Shown: positions 1-14,991 of the stretch, piece after piece
Layout: every line of letters begins with the position of its first letter
Numbering within the stretch: the stretch's first letter is position 1
DNA from: Chrysomallon squamiferum
Lineage: Eukaryota > Animalia > Mollusca
Length of the DNA: 64,000 bases
NCBI GenBank assembly: GCA_012295275.1
Contig: CM022679.1
Span: 22,630,001 to 22,694,000, forward strand
Direction of reading: 5' to 3'
Made by a program: the position numbers and the translations under genes
Notes under the pieces: model-generated
The model's database searches: none
What the model saw: only the letters and a program-made list of their open reading frames with translations
What the model was told of the DNA's origin: nothing

Positions 1-69
1 ATTCTGAAACATATCTGAAATGATGCCTATTAAGCTGTGATGTTAATGATAATTATTGGCTCATTTCAG

Positions 70-3119
<3,050 letters not shown>

Positions 3120-3984
3120 GTAAGTTAACATTTTGAATTTTTAGTGAGAAAGAGTTTAACATATTTAACGCAGGGCCAGAACTACTAGATTGTCCGATTT
3201 CTGAAAATGATGACTGAAACAATCAAAGAAATGTTTATTTTGTGATTTTTGTTTCATCCGTGTACAATAGCAAACGCTCGTTAACTATTAAACATAATAT
3301 AAATTTCATGAAAACAAATTATAACTAATATAACATTATGAACATTTGATAACAACAGGTAATACTTACAGAAATACATTAACTTTTCAAGTTAGGTCGT
3401 TCTTGTATCGCGAAAAATCTAATTGTTTTTGTTTTGTTTTTTGTTTTTATTTTTTATTCTCTTAACAAGTATATGGAGACATTTAATCAGATATTAAACC
3501 ACATTACTGCAATGTTCGACGAAGTTGTTATAGTTAGTGTACATTTTTTATTACTTTTTTTTATTTACAGGTAAAACATAGAAAATATTTGAGATGAAGA
3601 AATCACAACATTGGATCAGCAGCAAGAATTTCTGAAAATGCAGATTTCCTAAGATCTCCTCATATATGTATTTAAAGCCATAAATATTATAATAATAATA
3701 GGAAAAAATTTAAAAATTAATTTTACTTTTCTATATTTTAAATATAAAAAATATTAATTTTCATGAAATATATGTACTGCTGTTACTGTCACTATTTTTC
3801 CTCATTCGTTCTCTTTGACTTTATTTGTCTTTGTATCTATCTGTCTGTATGTCTGTTAGTATTCAATTTTTGTAACTCACATCCTCTCTGAATTTTCACT
3901 TTCATTAGTCGAAAACCCATACTTTCCATTTATTTTACTTTATTTATATACTAACAAAAAGTGTGTTATATATTTGTAATTAAG

Positions 3985-4395
3985 TACATAAGTATTCTTA
4001 ATGCATTTCTTGAAACATCTTTTAATAACTATTAATTAAGTCAAGAAAAATAAATAGTACTAAATTTGTTTTGATTACATTTAAAATTAATTTAATTAAA
4101 ATCAAGTTCAATTGGATAGTTTTAATATAATAATAAAAATATAAATTGAATTTAACTCTGATAAGTATCATATACAATTACTAGGTACACAGATTTTGTT
4201 ATTCGCACAATCAGTTAGGTTAAAATATTAATAATTTTTAATTAGTTTTACTGCGACATACATTTTTTAGTACGCATCTATCAGTTAGTGTTCCCTTTGT
4301 TCAGTAGTAATGAAAATGAATTGCATATTAAGTTTAAACAATTCCACATAAATAATAATCACCTCTTTTTTTCCTGTTCAATTTATTAATCATTT
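3985..4395 (+). pseudogene. Relic of the C-terminal codons and 3' UTR of an RPA-like paralog
   Basis: 3982-4035 reads KYISILNAFLETSFNNY-stop versus QHIRILEADPETPFNNY-stop at the end of the 10808-11574 exon. The downstream AT-rich sequence aligns by eye with 11575-12035. Confidence 0.7.
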
Positions 4396-4433
4396 TATTT
4401 TATTTTATTGAATCATAAATTAGTTTGCTTATT

Positions 4434-4464
<31 letters not shown>

Positions 4465-4639
4465 GTATTATTAGTATTAGTATTATTAATTTTAAAATTA
4501 GGATGTAATTTAATTCGCTCAAAACATCTATCACGTAATAGTTGTAACAGAAATTAAGTGTTGGAAAGAAAAAAATAACAGTGTTTAAAAAATAGTTGTT
4601 AATTATGTATATATAATTATGTATATATAATGTACATAT

Positions 4640-5484
4640 ATATATAATTTTTTTTTGTGTGTGTTTTTTTTTGTGGGGTTTTTTTTTTTTTCGCTTCTTC
4701 ATATTTAAAACAAACAGATATGAAGGCAAAATGCAGATGATTGTTAATCCAAAATTCATAAGATCTTTGTTCAGCCAGTTGTATCATTTTCTCTCACTGG
4801 CAAGATTACTTTTTTGAGACAAAGAATAACACCAGAAAATACATATATATATATAATTGTTTGTTTTGTCTTTCTGGTTTGTTTGTTTTTTTTCGATTTT
4901 TCGCTTCTTCATATTTAAAACAAACAGATCTGAAGGCAAAATGCAGATGATTGTTAATCCAAAATTCGTAAGATCTTTGTTCAGCCAGTTGTATCATTCT
5001 CTCACTGGCAAGATTACTGTTTTGATACAAAGAATAACACGAGAATATACATACATATATATATATATAATTTTTTTTTGTGTGTGTTTTTTTTTGTGGG
5101 GTTTTTTTTTTTTTCGCTTCTTCATATTTAAAACAAACAGATATGAAGGCAAAATGCAGATGATTGTTAATCCAAAATTTATAAGATCTTTGTTCAGCCA
5201 GTTGTATCATTCTCTCACTGGCAAGATTACAAGAATAACACGAGAATATATATATATATATATATATATAATTGGTTTTTTTTTTGGGGGGGGGGTTTGT
5301 GTGTTTTTTCGCTTCTTCATATTTAAAACAAACAGATATGAAGGCAAAATGCAGATGATTGTTAATCCAAAATTTATAAGATATTTGTTCAGCCAGTTGT
5401 ATCATTATCTCACTGGCAAGATTACTGTTTTCATGCAAAGAATAGCACCAGAATATACATACATACATACATACATACATACAT

Positions 5485-5528
<44 letters not shown>

Positions 5529-6331
5529 TAGTGTTGTTGTTTTGGGGTTTATTTTTTTCGCTTCTTCATATTTAAAACAAACAGATCTGAAGGCAAAATG
5601 CAGATGACTGTTAATCCAAAATTCATAAGATCTTTGTTCAGCCAGTTGTATCATTCTCTCACTGGCAAGATTACTTTTTTGAGACAAAGAATAACACCAG
5701 AAAATACATATATATATATATAATTGTTTGTTTTGTCTTTCTGGTTTGTTTGTTTTTTTCGTTTTTTCGCTTCTTCATATTTAAAACAAACAGATCTGAA
5801 GGCAAAATTCAGATGATTGTTAATCCAAAATTCGTAAGATCTTTGTTCAGCCAGTTGTATCATTCTCTCACTGGCAAGATTACTTTTTGAGACAAAGAAT
5901 AACACCAGAAAATACATATATATATATATATAATTGTTTGTTTTGTCTTTCTGGTTTGTTTGTTTTTTTTCGTTTTTCGCTTCTTCATATTTAAAACAAA
6001 CAGATCTGAAGGCAAAATTCAGATGATTGTTAATCCAAAATTCGTAAGATCTTTGTTCAGCCAGTTGTATCATTCTCTCACTGGCAAGATTACTTTTTTG
6101 AGACAAAGAATAACACCAGAAAATACATATATATATATATAATTGTTTGTTTTGTCTTTCTGGTTTGTTTGTTTTTTTCGTTTTTTCGCTTCTTCATATT
6201 TAAAACAAACAGATCTGAAGGCAAAATTCAGATGATTGTTAATCCAAAATTCGTAAGATCTTTGTTCAGCCAGTTGTATCATTCTCTCACTGGCAAGATT
6301 ACTGTTTCGATACAAAGAATAACACGAGAAT

Positions 6332-6405
<74 letters not shown>

Positions 6406-6426
6406 GTTTGTTTCGTCTGTTTTGTT

Positions 6427-6471
<45 letters not shown>

Positions 6472-6560
6472 CTTTTCATTTAAAACAAACAGATATGAAG
6501 GCAAAATGCAGATGCTTGTTAATCCAAAATTCATAAGATCTTTGTTCAGCCAGTTGTATA
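4640..6560. repeat. Tandem array of about 9 units of ~210 bp, each with a conserved ~140-bp core plus variable (TA)n and poly-T tracts
   Basis: The core cgcttcttcatatttaaaacaaacagat..ggcaaaatgcagatgattgttaatccaaaattc..cagccagttgtatcattctctcactggcaagattac recurs at about 4692, 4902, 5115, 5310, 5559, 5768, 5978, 6187 and 6472. Confidence 0.95.
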
Positions 6561-6639
6561 TAAATAATTTATATACACACATAGGTATCTGAAACGTTTT
6601 TGTTTTTGTTTTTTTTTTGTTTGTTTTGTTTTTCTTCCA

Positions 6640-7523
6640 TTTTGATCTATAAACGGTTTGAAGAATAAACAGAAATTATGCCTTCTTTTAAGACTTTTGT
6701 TGTTGTTGTTTTTAATTTATTTATTTATTCATATGTTAGTATTTTCCTGACTCATCCATTATAAAATTATTTTTTTTTAGAGAGAGACTGCTTTTACTAG
6801 GTAGTACCAAGCAAAACTGCATCTTCAGGATTGTAAATTTTAAAATAACCAATGATGTTCCAGGACGGTTAACCGCATCCAATCTTTTTTTTTTGATGTT
6901 CCAGGACGGTTAACCGCATCCAATCAGAAAATATCACCTGATAGATGGGTGTCAAAGGTGAAAGACGTGTAAGGGAAATAACTTTTCATTCAGTATTGAA
7001 ATGTTCTTAGAATAATCTTCGTGATCTAAGCACTTTGCAGACGATTTTGTTCAATATGCTTGTATTATTATTATTACTATTAGTGTTTCCTAGATCCTTT
7101 TTAACACCGTTCTCGATAGGGAACGGAAAGGACGCAGGTAATTTATATAGATTATATCTATTTATTTATTTATCAGTTTTCCATGTATTTATTTACAGAG
7201 AATAAAAAGGAGAACACAAACAATAGGAACATACTGTTTAAAGTGATCTCATATCCATTAGAAACATACAGTTTAAAGTTTGATTTGAACATTATTTAAC
7301 TTTTCTTTTTCATTAAATTACTTTGCTTTACAGTTTATTTTTTAAAAATGTTGAGGAAGAAACAAAGCAGATATAAATGTAAACTATTATACACATATGC
7401 ATACGCACATATTTTTAACATAATCCACATAGAAGTCTATAATATCTTTTTCGGGTTTAGACTCGTTATAAATATTTGGTTGACTTTCTTTGTAATTTTT
7501 GAAGACACGTAATCTATTCTATA

Positions 7524-7577
<54 letters not shown>

Positions 7578-7964
7578 AAAACAGAAAAAGTCCACAGTAA
7601 AATGTCAGTATCTGAACGGCGAGTCACTACGTACCGGTAGTGTCTATGTGAAACAAAGGTGGCGGTCTTAATGGGGCTACATGACCGTCAAACCTGTTAC
7701 AAAACAGCATGGATCTGAACGCATCTCTAAACTGATTATTATACACGACGTACAGAAACACGTTGTACGCCGCACTGAAAGCTGACAGAGCAATCCGCAC
7801 AAGATTGACAGGTCCGCTAGAATACTCAGCCCCATCCAGACCGAACACTTTCTCAAATAAAAAAAAATAAAAATAAAAATAATAATAAATTATGTAAAAG
7901 AATAAAAGTCATCTAAATCGTACCAGTACGGAAGGTTATCAGGCAATATTTCTTTGTTGTTATC

Positions 7965-7965
<1 letters not shown>
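6640..7965. repeat. Duplicated block (copy 1) of the GPCR A exon 4 plus downstream flank; other copies at ~12240-13125 (no exon) and ~13290-15330
   Basis: Shared runs such as gatgttccaggacggttaaccgcatccaatcagaaaatatca, cactttgcagacgatttt and gtttagactcgttat, plus the exon itself. Confidence 0.9.
7627..7851 (-). pseudogene. Orphan duplicate of GPCR A exon 4 (TM7 + helix 8 + C-tail); pseudo-exon or alternative terminal exon
   Basis: Intact frame KVFGLDGAEYSSGPVNLVRIALSAFSAAYNVFLYVVYNNQFRDAF...TTGT-stop. It differs from 14992-15216 by 5 nt (3 synonymous, S>F, V>A). The acceptor is tttGAG instead of tttCAG, and no adjacent exons 1-3 are present. Confidence 0.8.
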
Positions 7966-8006
<41 letters not shown>

Positions 8007-8012
8007 TAAATA

Positions 8013-8044
<32 letters not shown>

Positions 8045-8384
8045 AGGTACAATTAACGAAAAATCAGTGGTTTCAACAACACACATGCATTGTGTAATTA
8101 TGACGGAACAATTCAGCTCCGTTCAAACGATGTCAAAGCACTTCTTACTGTAAACATACAGAGAATGAGAGATCCACGAATATTATGCAGTGCACTATTA
8201 ACACAAAAGGCGCTTTACTCCCCAGTATTTTACAACAGTATCTTGGTGTTTCCGCTATAAGGATATCTAGGTCAATCTTTTCTTTTCGAGAGAAAGCTTT
8301 TTGTTTGACGGGTTAATTAATGCGTTATAACATTATGCACTGATATATTTAAAATAATTTCAGTTTCAGTTCTCGGTGTGCTAT

Positions 8385-8460
8385 GTATATCTTATCTAGT
8401 CCCCTGTCACAAAACACCTCTGTTCACGTGATCCCTGGGTGTACAAACAAATATGGCGAC
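8385..8460 (+). promoter_or_regulatory. Probable promoter/first-exon region of the RPA-like gene
   Basis: E-box CACGTG (~8425) and a YY1-like AAATATGGCG overlapping the ATG at 8453, followed by a strong donor AAG/gtaaga. A TATCTTATCTAG motif is shared with the promoter-like region at ~63887. Confidence 0.45.
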
Positions 8461-10426
8461 AGTCAAAGGTAAGATATTCAACTAGATTCCGTTTTGATGC
8501 GGTTAAATTGCAAATAATGGATCCCACTTGTTTTAGAAAGTTAAAAACGTATATTAGTTTATTTTCATACTCCGAGTGATCAGAAAAGTCTGTCGATGAC
8601 TTTTGACATCAATTAAGGTGATGAAACCACTAATTGCGTTTTAAAATTACATTATTCACTGTGTCGAGGTCATTATAATTGTGACTAACCACAATAGCTT
8701 TGATTGTCATGTTTATAACTGATTTTTTGAATAATTTTGTTTGACAATATTTTGCACAAAGTGTCTAAAATTCTAAAGAGAAATGTTTATGATTTTATTT
8801 TTTTATTATTATTATTATTTTTTTAATATTGATCTGGAATAATAGGATACGATGACAGAACGGCCATAACTTATACATTAATATTTGTAATAATCGTACA
8901 AGATAGTTGGGGCTGGATATTTGACTGTCATTTTTGTTTTGACAAGGAAATCAAATACGTAATAATAATGATGCTTCTTTGGAGTTAATTACGTAATGAA
9001 ATAGCATTAGCAAGCCTTTCTCTCTTTTACTCAGTGATTTTACTGGATTTAACAAGAGTTTAAAAATATTCTTATTTCATTGCATTTCCTTTTTGCATAT
9101 ATAAATATATATATATTACTTTTTATTTTTTATTTTTTACAGGTAGATATCATTTCTCAACAACAACAAAAAATCCACAACTACTCTTGTTGCTAATGGC
9201 AACATTAACACGATCACAGTGAACAATATTAATACCAAGCATATTTGTAAGTTGATAATTTAATAAATTGTATATTAAATATTAAACAATCTGCTTTAGC
9301 ACGTAAAATTATATTTATTACATTTTATTTTATAATGACTGACTTATTTAGCAAACCAGTATATTCTTAGGTTTCCTTTCAAAGAACCCCTAGGTTTGTA
9401 TCATTGCTTGGGTTAAGAAAAGCTGTTTTATATTCTTTCATGTCTATGGGTAGGTGTTTATTAAAAGATTCTTTGTCGCGAATCAGTAAGAACATGGTTG
9501 TGTGTTTCCTCTCTGGAAGTATCATTATTTAATAAAATTAATGACTGATAAGTATTAAAGTCAGTGTTTCTAAATGTTGTATAGATATGTTCTTTGTATT
9601 TAGACACTCTCTCACCTATGTATATTTGATATATTGTTTTCAGTATTTTGTTTTGAATCCTTATTTTTCTTATTTTCTATAGATAACAACTGTCTTGTAA
9701 CACAAAATGATGAGGATCAACAAGCAAGCTATGGTACCACCGGAATTTCTGATCAGGGTCAACAAACAAGCTATGATGCCTCTGGAATTAGTGACTGGAG
9801 TCAACAAAGAAGCTATGATGCCTCTGGAATTAGTGACTGGAGTCAACAAACAAGCTATGATGCCTCTGGAATTAGTGATTGGAGTCAACAAACAAGCTAT
9901 GATGCCTCTGGAATTAGTGATTGGAGTCAACAAACAAGCTATGATGCCTCTGGAATTAGTGACTGGAGTCAACAAGGAAGCTCTTATGCCTCCAGAATTT
10001 CAGATCTAGATCAGCAAACAAGCTGTGATGTCTCTGGAATTAGTGACCAGGGTCAGCTAGTGACAAACAACATGATGCCTCTGAGAATGCATTTGAACAA
10101 ACAAAAATGGTATGATGCCTCTTGAATTAATGACTGAATTCAACAAACAATTTGATATCTGAAGTTAATTTTATAATTTAATCTGATGCCTCCAGAATTT
10201 CATTCTAGATCAGCAAACAAGCTGTGATGTCTCTGGAATTAGTGACCAGGGTCACAAAGTGAGATACGACAACACTGAGAATGCACACACAACAAACAAA
10301 TATAAGATTGATGAATACTGAATTTCATTATTTAATACCTGAGTGAATTTTATAATTTAATCTAAACTTAATATTTCATTCTCTCTCTCACACAGCCACA
10401 CACCCACATACATAAACACACACAAA

Positions 10427-10467
<41 letters not shown>

Positions 10468-11574
10468 GAGTATGTGTGTGTTTCTATGTATGTATGTGGG
10501 CCTGGGTGTGTGTGTGTGTGTGTCTTTGTTTATGTATGTATGCAGACACACATACACACACACATAGACATACACATATATATATATATATATATGAGTA
10601 TGTGTGTGTTTCTGTGTATGTATGTTGGCCTGTGTGTGTGTGTGTGTCTTTGTTTATGTATGTATACACAGATACAAACACATATACACTCACACACACA
10701 CACACACTTCTGTATTGCCTGTATGTATGATTATGTGTGTGTGTGATGTTTTCAACACGAGAAAGCAAAACTTCGTTTGTCTTCATGTAAATTTATATTT
10801 CTTTCAGATGGCGATGTATCACTGATAGCAAATTTGAAACCTGGTATGACTGCAACATTATGTGTGAAGATACTTTGTAAATCAGCTCTGAAAACAAACA
10901 GAAAAGGGCAAAACTATATTTTTCTCATCATTGGTGATCTCACAGGGAAGATGCCAGTGATTGCTGCACATGGACAGGCAGTCTTTGTTCAGCACAAGAT
11001 GGTAGCAGGAAATGTATATATTATGAACATAATTGTTGATGCATACTATTACAAACACATGTCAATGTATAGCTCTTACTTTACGATCAAAGGTGTCTTG
11101 AACACGAATAGTAAGATTGAAGCCTGTAAAGGTATGTATAGTATAGATGAAAAAAGGAATTGCTATGGTCAAATTATTGATGCATGCAAAAGCAGGAAGG
11201 CTTATGAAGGTTGTCCAAATATTAACTGCACTTTTCAGTTGGTTTATCTGACTAATGGCAGTTGTTACTTTTGTCCCAATTGCAAATCTAAATTCAGTGA
11301 ACCACAGAAAAGATTTAAGATCTTTTTCAAAATAATGGATCTGGAAACAAATACACAGTTTGCTGCATTTGCTTTTCACAACACAGCCTGCCAGCTTCTG
11401 CATGTTCATGAGAAAACATTCACTGAAATGTTTTCTCCACAAGAACCACACCGATTCACCTCTCTCTTGAACAGAAATTATAAATTTACCATTCTACTCA
11501 AAGTTAACTCAAATACAGTACAGCACATAAGGATTCTTGAAGCAGATCCTGAAACACCTTTTAATAATTATTAA
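8453..11574 (+). CDS. RPA70-like OB-fold ssDNA-binding protein with N-terminal SQ-rich repeats (~418 aa); exons 8453-8468, 9143-9246, 9683-10051, 10808-11574
   Basis: All junctions are GT-AG phase 1. Exon 2 is 104 nt and needs one more A in the A6 run at 9168-9173 to stay in frame; the corrected total is 1257 nt. The exon 3 donor (CAGG/gtcagc) is the least certain. Confidence 0.6.
9683..10051 (+). CDS. RPA-like gene exon 3: eight 14-aa repeats (SQQTSYDASGISDW)
   Basis: Acceptor ttttctatag at 9682, open frame within ORF 9634..10125, phase-1 donor gtcagc at 10052, length 369 nt. Confidence 0.6.
9715..10255 (+). repeat. 42-bp coding minisatellite (agtcaacaaacaagctatgatgcctctggaattagtgactgg) with degenerate copies extending into the intron
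   Basis: Period of 42 (e.g. 9841, 9883, 9925). 10185-10253 re-copies 9985-10053. Confidence 0.92.
10808..11574 (+). CDS. RPA-like gene terminal exon: OB fold (RPA1 DBD-A-like) plus OB fold with C4 zinc ribbon (RPA1 DBD-C-like)
   Basis: IANLKPG..VKILCKS..FLIIGDLTGKMPVIA..GNVYIM matches the RPA1 DBD-A pattern. YEGCPNINC-x14-CPNC..QKRFKIFFKIMD..AFAFHNTACQLL..YKFTI matches RPA1 DBD-C (human YxACPxxxC-x13-CxxC, RYIL, D-TG, F..AE.ILG). Acceptor ctttcag at 10807; AATAAA at 11589. Confidence 0.82.
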
Positions 11575-12239
11575 TTATGTGTTAGAAAAATAAATAGTTA
11601 CACATTTTTAAAATGATATCTAAAATTATCTTTAATTAAAATGAATTAAAAGTAAGAACAGTTTTTGATTTTTAATGTAATAATAATTTAAACAATAATG
11701 TAATAAATATGTAAATTGAATTTAACGCTAATAAGTATTATATACAATTACTAAGTATATTGATTTGATTTTATTATTAACAGAATCAGTTTAGCTAAAA
11801 GATTAATAATATTTGATTGTTTATAAATTTACCATACAAGCCTATATGTATGAATAATGTAACACGTGTGTCTTTAAATGAAATTCTGTTTCTTTGTTAT
11901 TAGTGTTACTGAATCGTGAATTTGTAAGTACACTTCTGTCAGTGTTTTGTTTGTTCTGTACTACTGAAAATTAATTGCAACAATTAAATATAAACAATGT
12001 TACATAAAAAATAATCCTGTTCAATTTATTATTAATTTTTTAAATATTATTATTATTATTATGATTATTTTGTTGTTTTGTTTTCTTTCGTTTTTTCTTT
12101 CTTTTTTTGTTTTTTTGTTTGTTTGTTTGTTTGTTTTTTTGTTTGTTTTTTCTTGGATTTCCTTCATTTCTGTCACAGTGATATATGAAATATTTTTAAT
12201 GAAATATCAAATTTTTGTTAATACTTACTTTACTTTGTT

Positions 12240-12413
12240 ATTATTTAATTAATATTGTCATTTATTTAAAATATTTAATTTGGATATGTACGGTGCATGT
12301 AATAATATTTAGAAATGATCCTAATATTTAACTTTGTTACTAATCTATATTTACGACCTTGTGTATGATTAGTAAAATTAATGTGCAGCTCTATTTAAGA
12401 GTTTTATAAATTT

Positions 12414-12468
<55 letters not shown>

Positions 12469-13125
12469 CTTTTATTACGTAGTACCAAACAAAACAGTAT
12501 GTTCAGTATTATAAATTTTAAAACGTATTTACGTTTTGCTATGTTTTCAACAAAGTGTCGCTTTATGTTGTATTCAGAAGAAAAAAAAAAACAAAGAAAA
12601 AAATTAAGACTGCGGAAAAAAAGGGTAAAAACACAATCTGATCCCCCTACCTGATCAAAAATAGACCATTCTACCCAATCGCAAATCACCTGCGGTTAAC
12701 CGTAGCCAATAAAATTTTATCAAACTGTAAACAGCAGTCAACCAATGATGTTCCAGGACGGTTAACCGCATCCAATCAGAAAATATCAGCTGATAGCTGG
12801 GCGTCAATCTTCTAGGTGAAAGACGTGTAAGGGAAATAAATTTTCATTCAGTACTGAAATGTTCTTAGAATAATCTTCGTAATCTAAGCACTTTGCAGAC
12901 GATTTTATTCAATATGCATGTATTGTTATTATTAGTAGTAGTAGTGTTTCCTAGATCCTTTTTAACACCGTTCTCGATAGGGAACGGAAAGAACGCAGGT
13001 AATTTATATAGACTCTATCTATTTATTTATTTATCAGTTTTCCATGTATTTATTTACAGAGAATAAAAAAATGAAAACACAAACAATAGGAACATACTGT
13101 TTAAAGTGATCTCACATCCATTTTC
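12240..13125. repeat. Duplicated block copy 2 (GPCR A 3' flank without the exon)
   Basis: Aligns by eye with both 6770-7260 and 13290-14580. Confidence 0.85.
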
Positions 13126-13189
13126 GTGATCTGTTCACTTTGCAGATAATTTTAGTCGATATGTTTATTAAATAAGTTATTATTATTGC

Positions 13190-13248
<59 letters not shown>

Positions 13249-13469
13249 ATTATTATCCTTTTTAACAGCGTTCTCATATTTAATTAATATAGTGATTTAT
13301 TTACAATATTTAACTTGGATATGCACGTAATTTTATTTAGAAAATTATCCTAATATTTAACTTTGTTACTAATCTATATTTACGAGCTTGTGTATGATTA
13401 GTAAAATTACTGTGTAGTTTTATTTTATAGTTTTATTATCATGGTGAAGGGTTTTTGCTGTTCGTTATC

Positions 13470-13672
13470 ACACAAACAATTTGCAGAATAAACAAATTAT
13501 GTTTTTTTTCTTCAGATTTTTGTTGCTGTTGTTACTGTTTTATTAGTTAATCAGTTAATATATTTACTTACTTTCTTATTTATTTATTTATTTATTTATC
13601 TTTTAATATTTCCCTGACTCATTCATTCAAATAATAATATATTTTTAAACCCTCAGTAAAGAACGAATATGC
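13470..13672. repeat. Inverted-repeat arm pairing with 18042-18248; a partial same-orientation copy lies at 6650-6760
   Basis: tttccctgactcattcattcaaataataatatatttttaaaccctcagtaaa is the near reverse complement of tttactgagggtttaaaaatatattattattatttgaatgaatgagtgagtcagggaaa. Confidence 0.88.
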
Positions 13673-13760
13673 CCAAGCACACATACATACATACATACAT
13701 ACATACATACATACATAACTCACATATTAAAAAGTAAAGAAACGAGTGTTTATTAAAAGC

Positions 13761-13815
<55 letters not shown>

Positions 13816-13989
13816 CTTGAACTACGTAGCACCAACCAAAACTGCATTTTCAGTATTATAAATTCTAAAATACATTCGCGGCTTGCTGTGTTTTCAACAA
13901 GTATCGTCGTATGTTGTATTCAGAAGACTGCGGAAAAATAGGGTCAAAACAACAATCTGTTCCCCTACCTTTATCACAAATAGACCTTT

Positions 13990-14100
13990 CCAGCCAATCG
14001 CAAATCACCTGCGGTTAACCGTAGCCAATAAGATTTTATCAAACTGTAACCAGCAGTCAACCAATGATGTTCCAGGACGGTTAACCGCATCCAATCAGAA
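13990..14100. promoter_or_regulatory. Module of four phased CCAAT boxes with two CGGTTAACCG palindromes (also at 12670-12780, partial at 6848-6925)
   Basis: CCAAT at 13994, 14025, 14061 and 14091. tgcggttaaccgt (14010-14022) and acggttaaccgca (14077-14089) are exact reverse complements. Confidence 0.45.
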
Positions 14101-14868
14101 AATATCACCTGATAGCTGGGTGTCACTGTTGGAGGTGAACGCAGTGTAAGGGAAATAACCTTTCATTCAATGCTGAAATGCTCTTGGAATAATTTTCGTG
14201 GTCTATATACTTTGCAGACGATTTTATTCAATATGCTTGTAAAATGAGTTATTATTATTATTATTATTATTAGTGTTTTCTAGATCCTTTTTCACAGCGT
14301 TCTCGATATGGAACGGAAAGGATGCACGTAATTTATGTAGATTCTATTTATTTATTTATTTATTTATTTATCATATTTTTTTTCATTTATTTACTTATTT
14401 ATTTATTCATTTATTTATTTGTCATTTTTCCATTTATTTACTTATTTATTTATTTATTTTTTTTTTAGCATTTTTTCATTTATTTACTTATTTATTTATT
14501 AATTTATTTATTTTTCTGTTTGTTTATTTATCTATTTACAGGGAATTAAAAGACAAACTAAAACAACAGGAACATACAGTTTAAAGTTTGATTTGATTTT
14601 TATTCTTGGCGTCCCTCTTTTACTTTTTTCTTTTCATTAAATTCTTTAGTTTTACACTTTATTTTTTAAAAATGTTGTAGAAAATACAAAGCAGATATAA
14701 ATATAATTTATTATATGCATGTACACACGCACACACGCACATGTTTTTAACATAATCCGCATGGAAGTTTATAATATGGTTTTCGAGTTTAGACTCGTTA
14801 TGAATATTTAGTTCACTTTCTTTGCAAATTTAAAAAGATGTGTGTTGTCTATTATATTCTATACCAAC

Positions 14869-14934
<66 letters not shown>

Positions 14935-14991
14935 TTAAAACACAAACAGAAAAAGTCCACAGTAAAATGTCAGTATCTGAATGGCGAGTCA

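Noticed and set aside
4640-6560. CRISPR-like repeat-spacer array
   Set aside because: The repeats are ~140 bp, the intervening parts are related microsatellite tracts rather than unique spacers, the context is eukaryotic, and no cas genes are present.
4806-6582. Long ORFs (up to 293 aa) across the 210-bp array
   Set aside because: The frame shifts between units with microsatellite length, ORFs occur on both strands, and there is no recognisable domain. A cag/..40 nt../gtaaga pseudo-exon appears in only some units and is not a multiple of three.
7965-12050. Intact Helitron carrying the RPA-like gene
   Set aside because: No Rep/helicase coding sequence, and no convincing 3' hairpin plus CTRR terminus (the CTAG at ~8396 lacks a hairpin). 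A transposon origin remains possible but is unsupported here.
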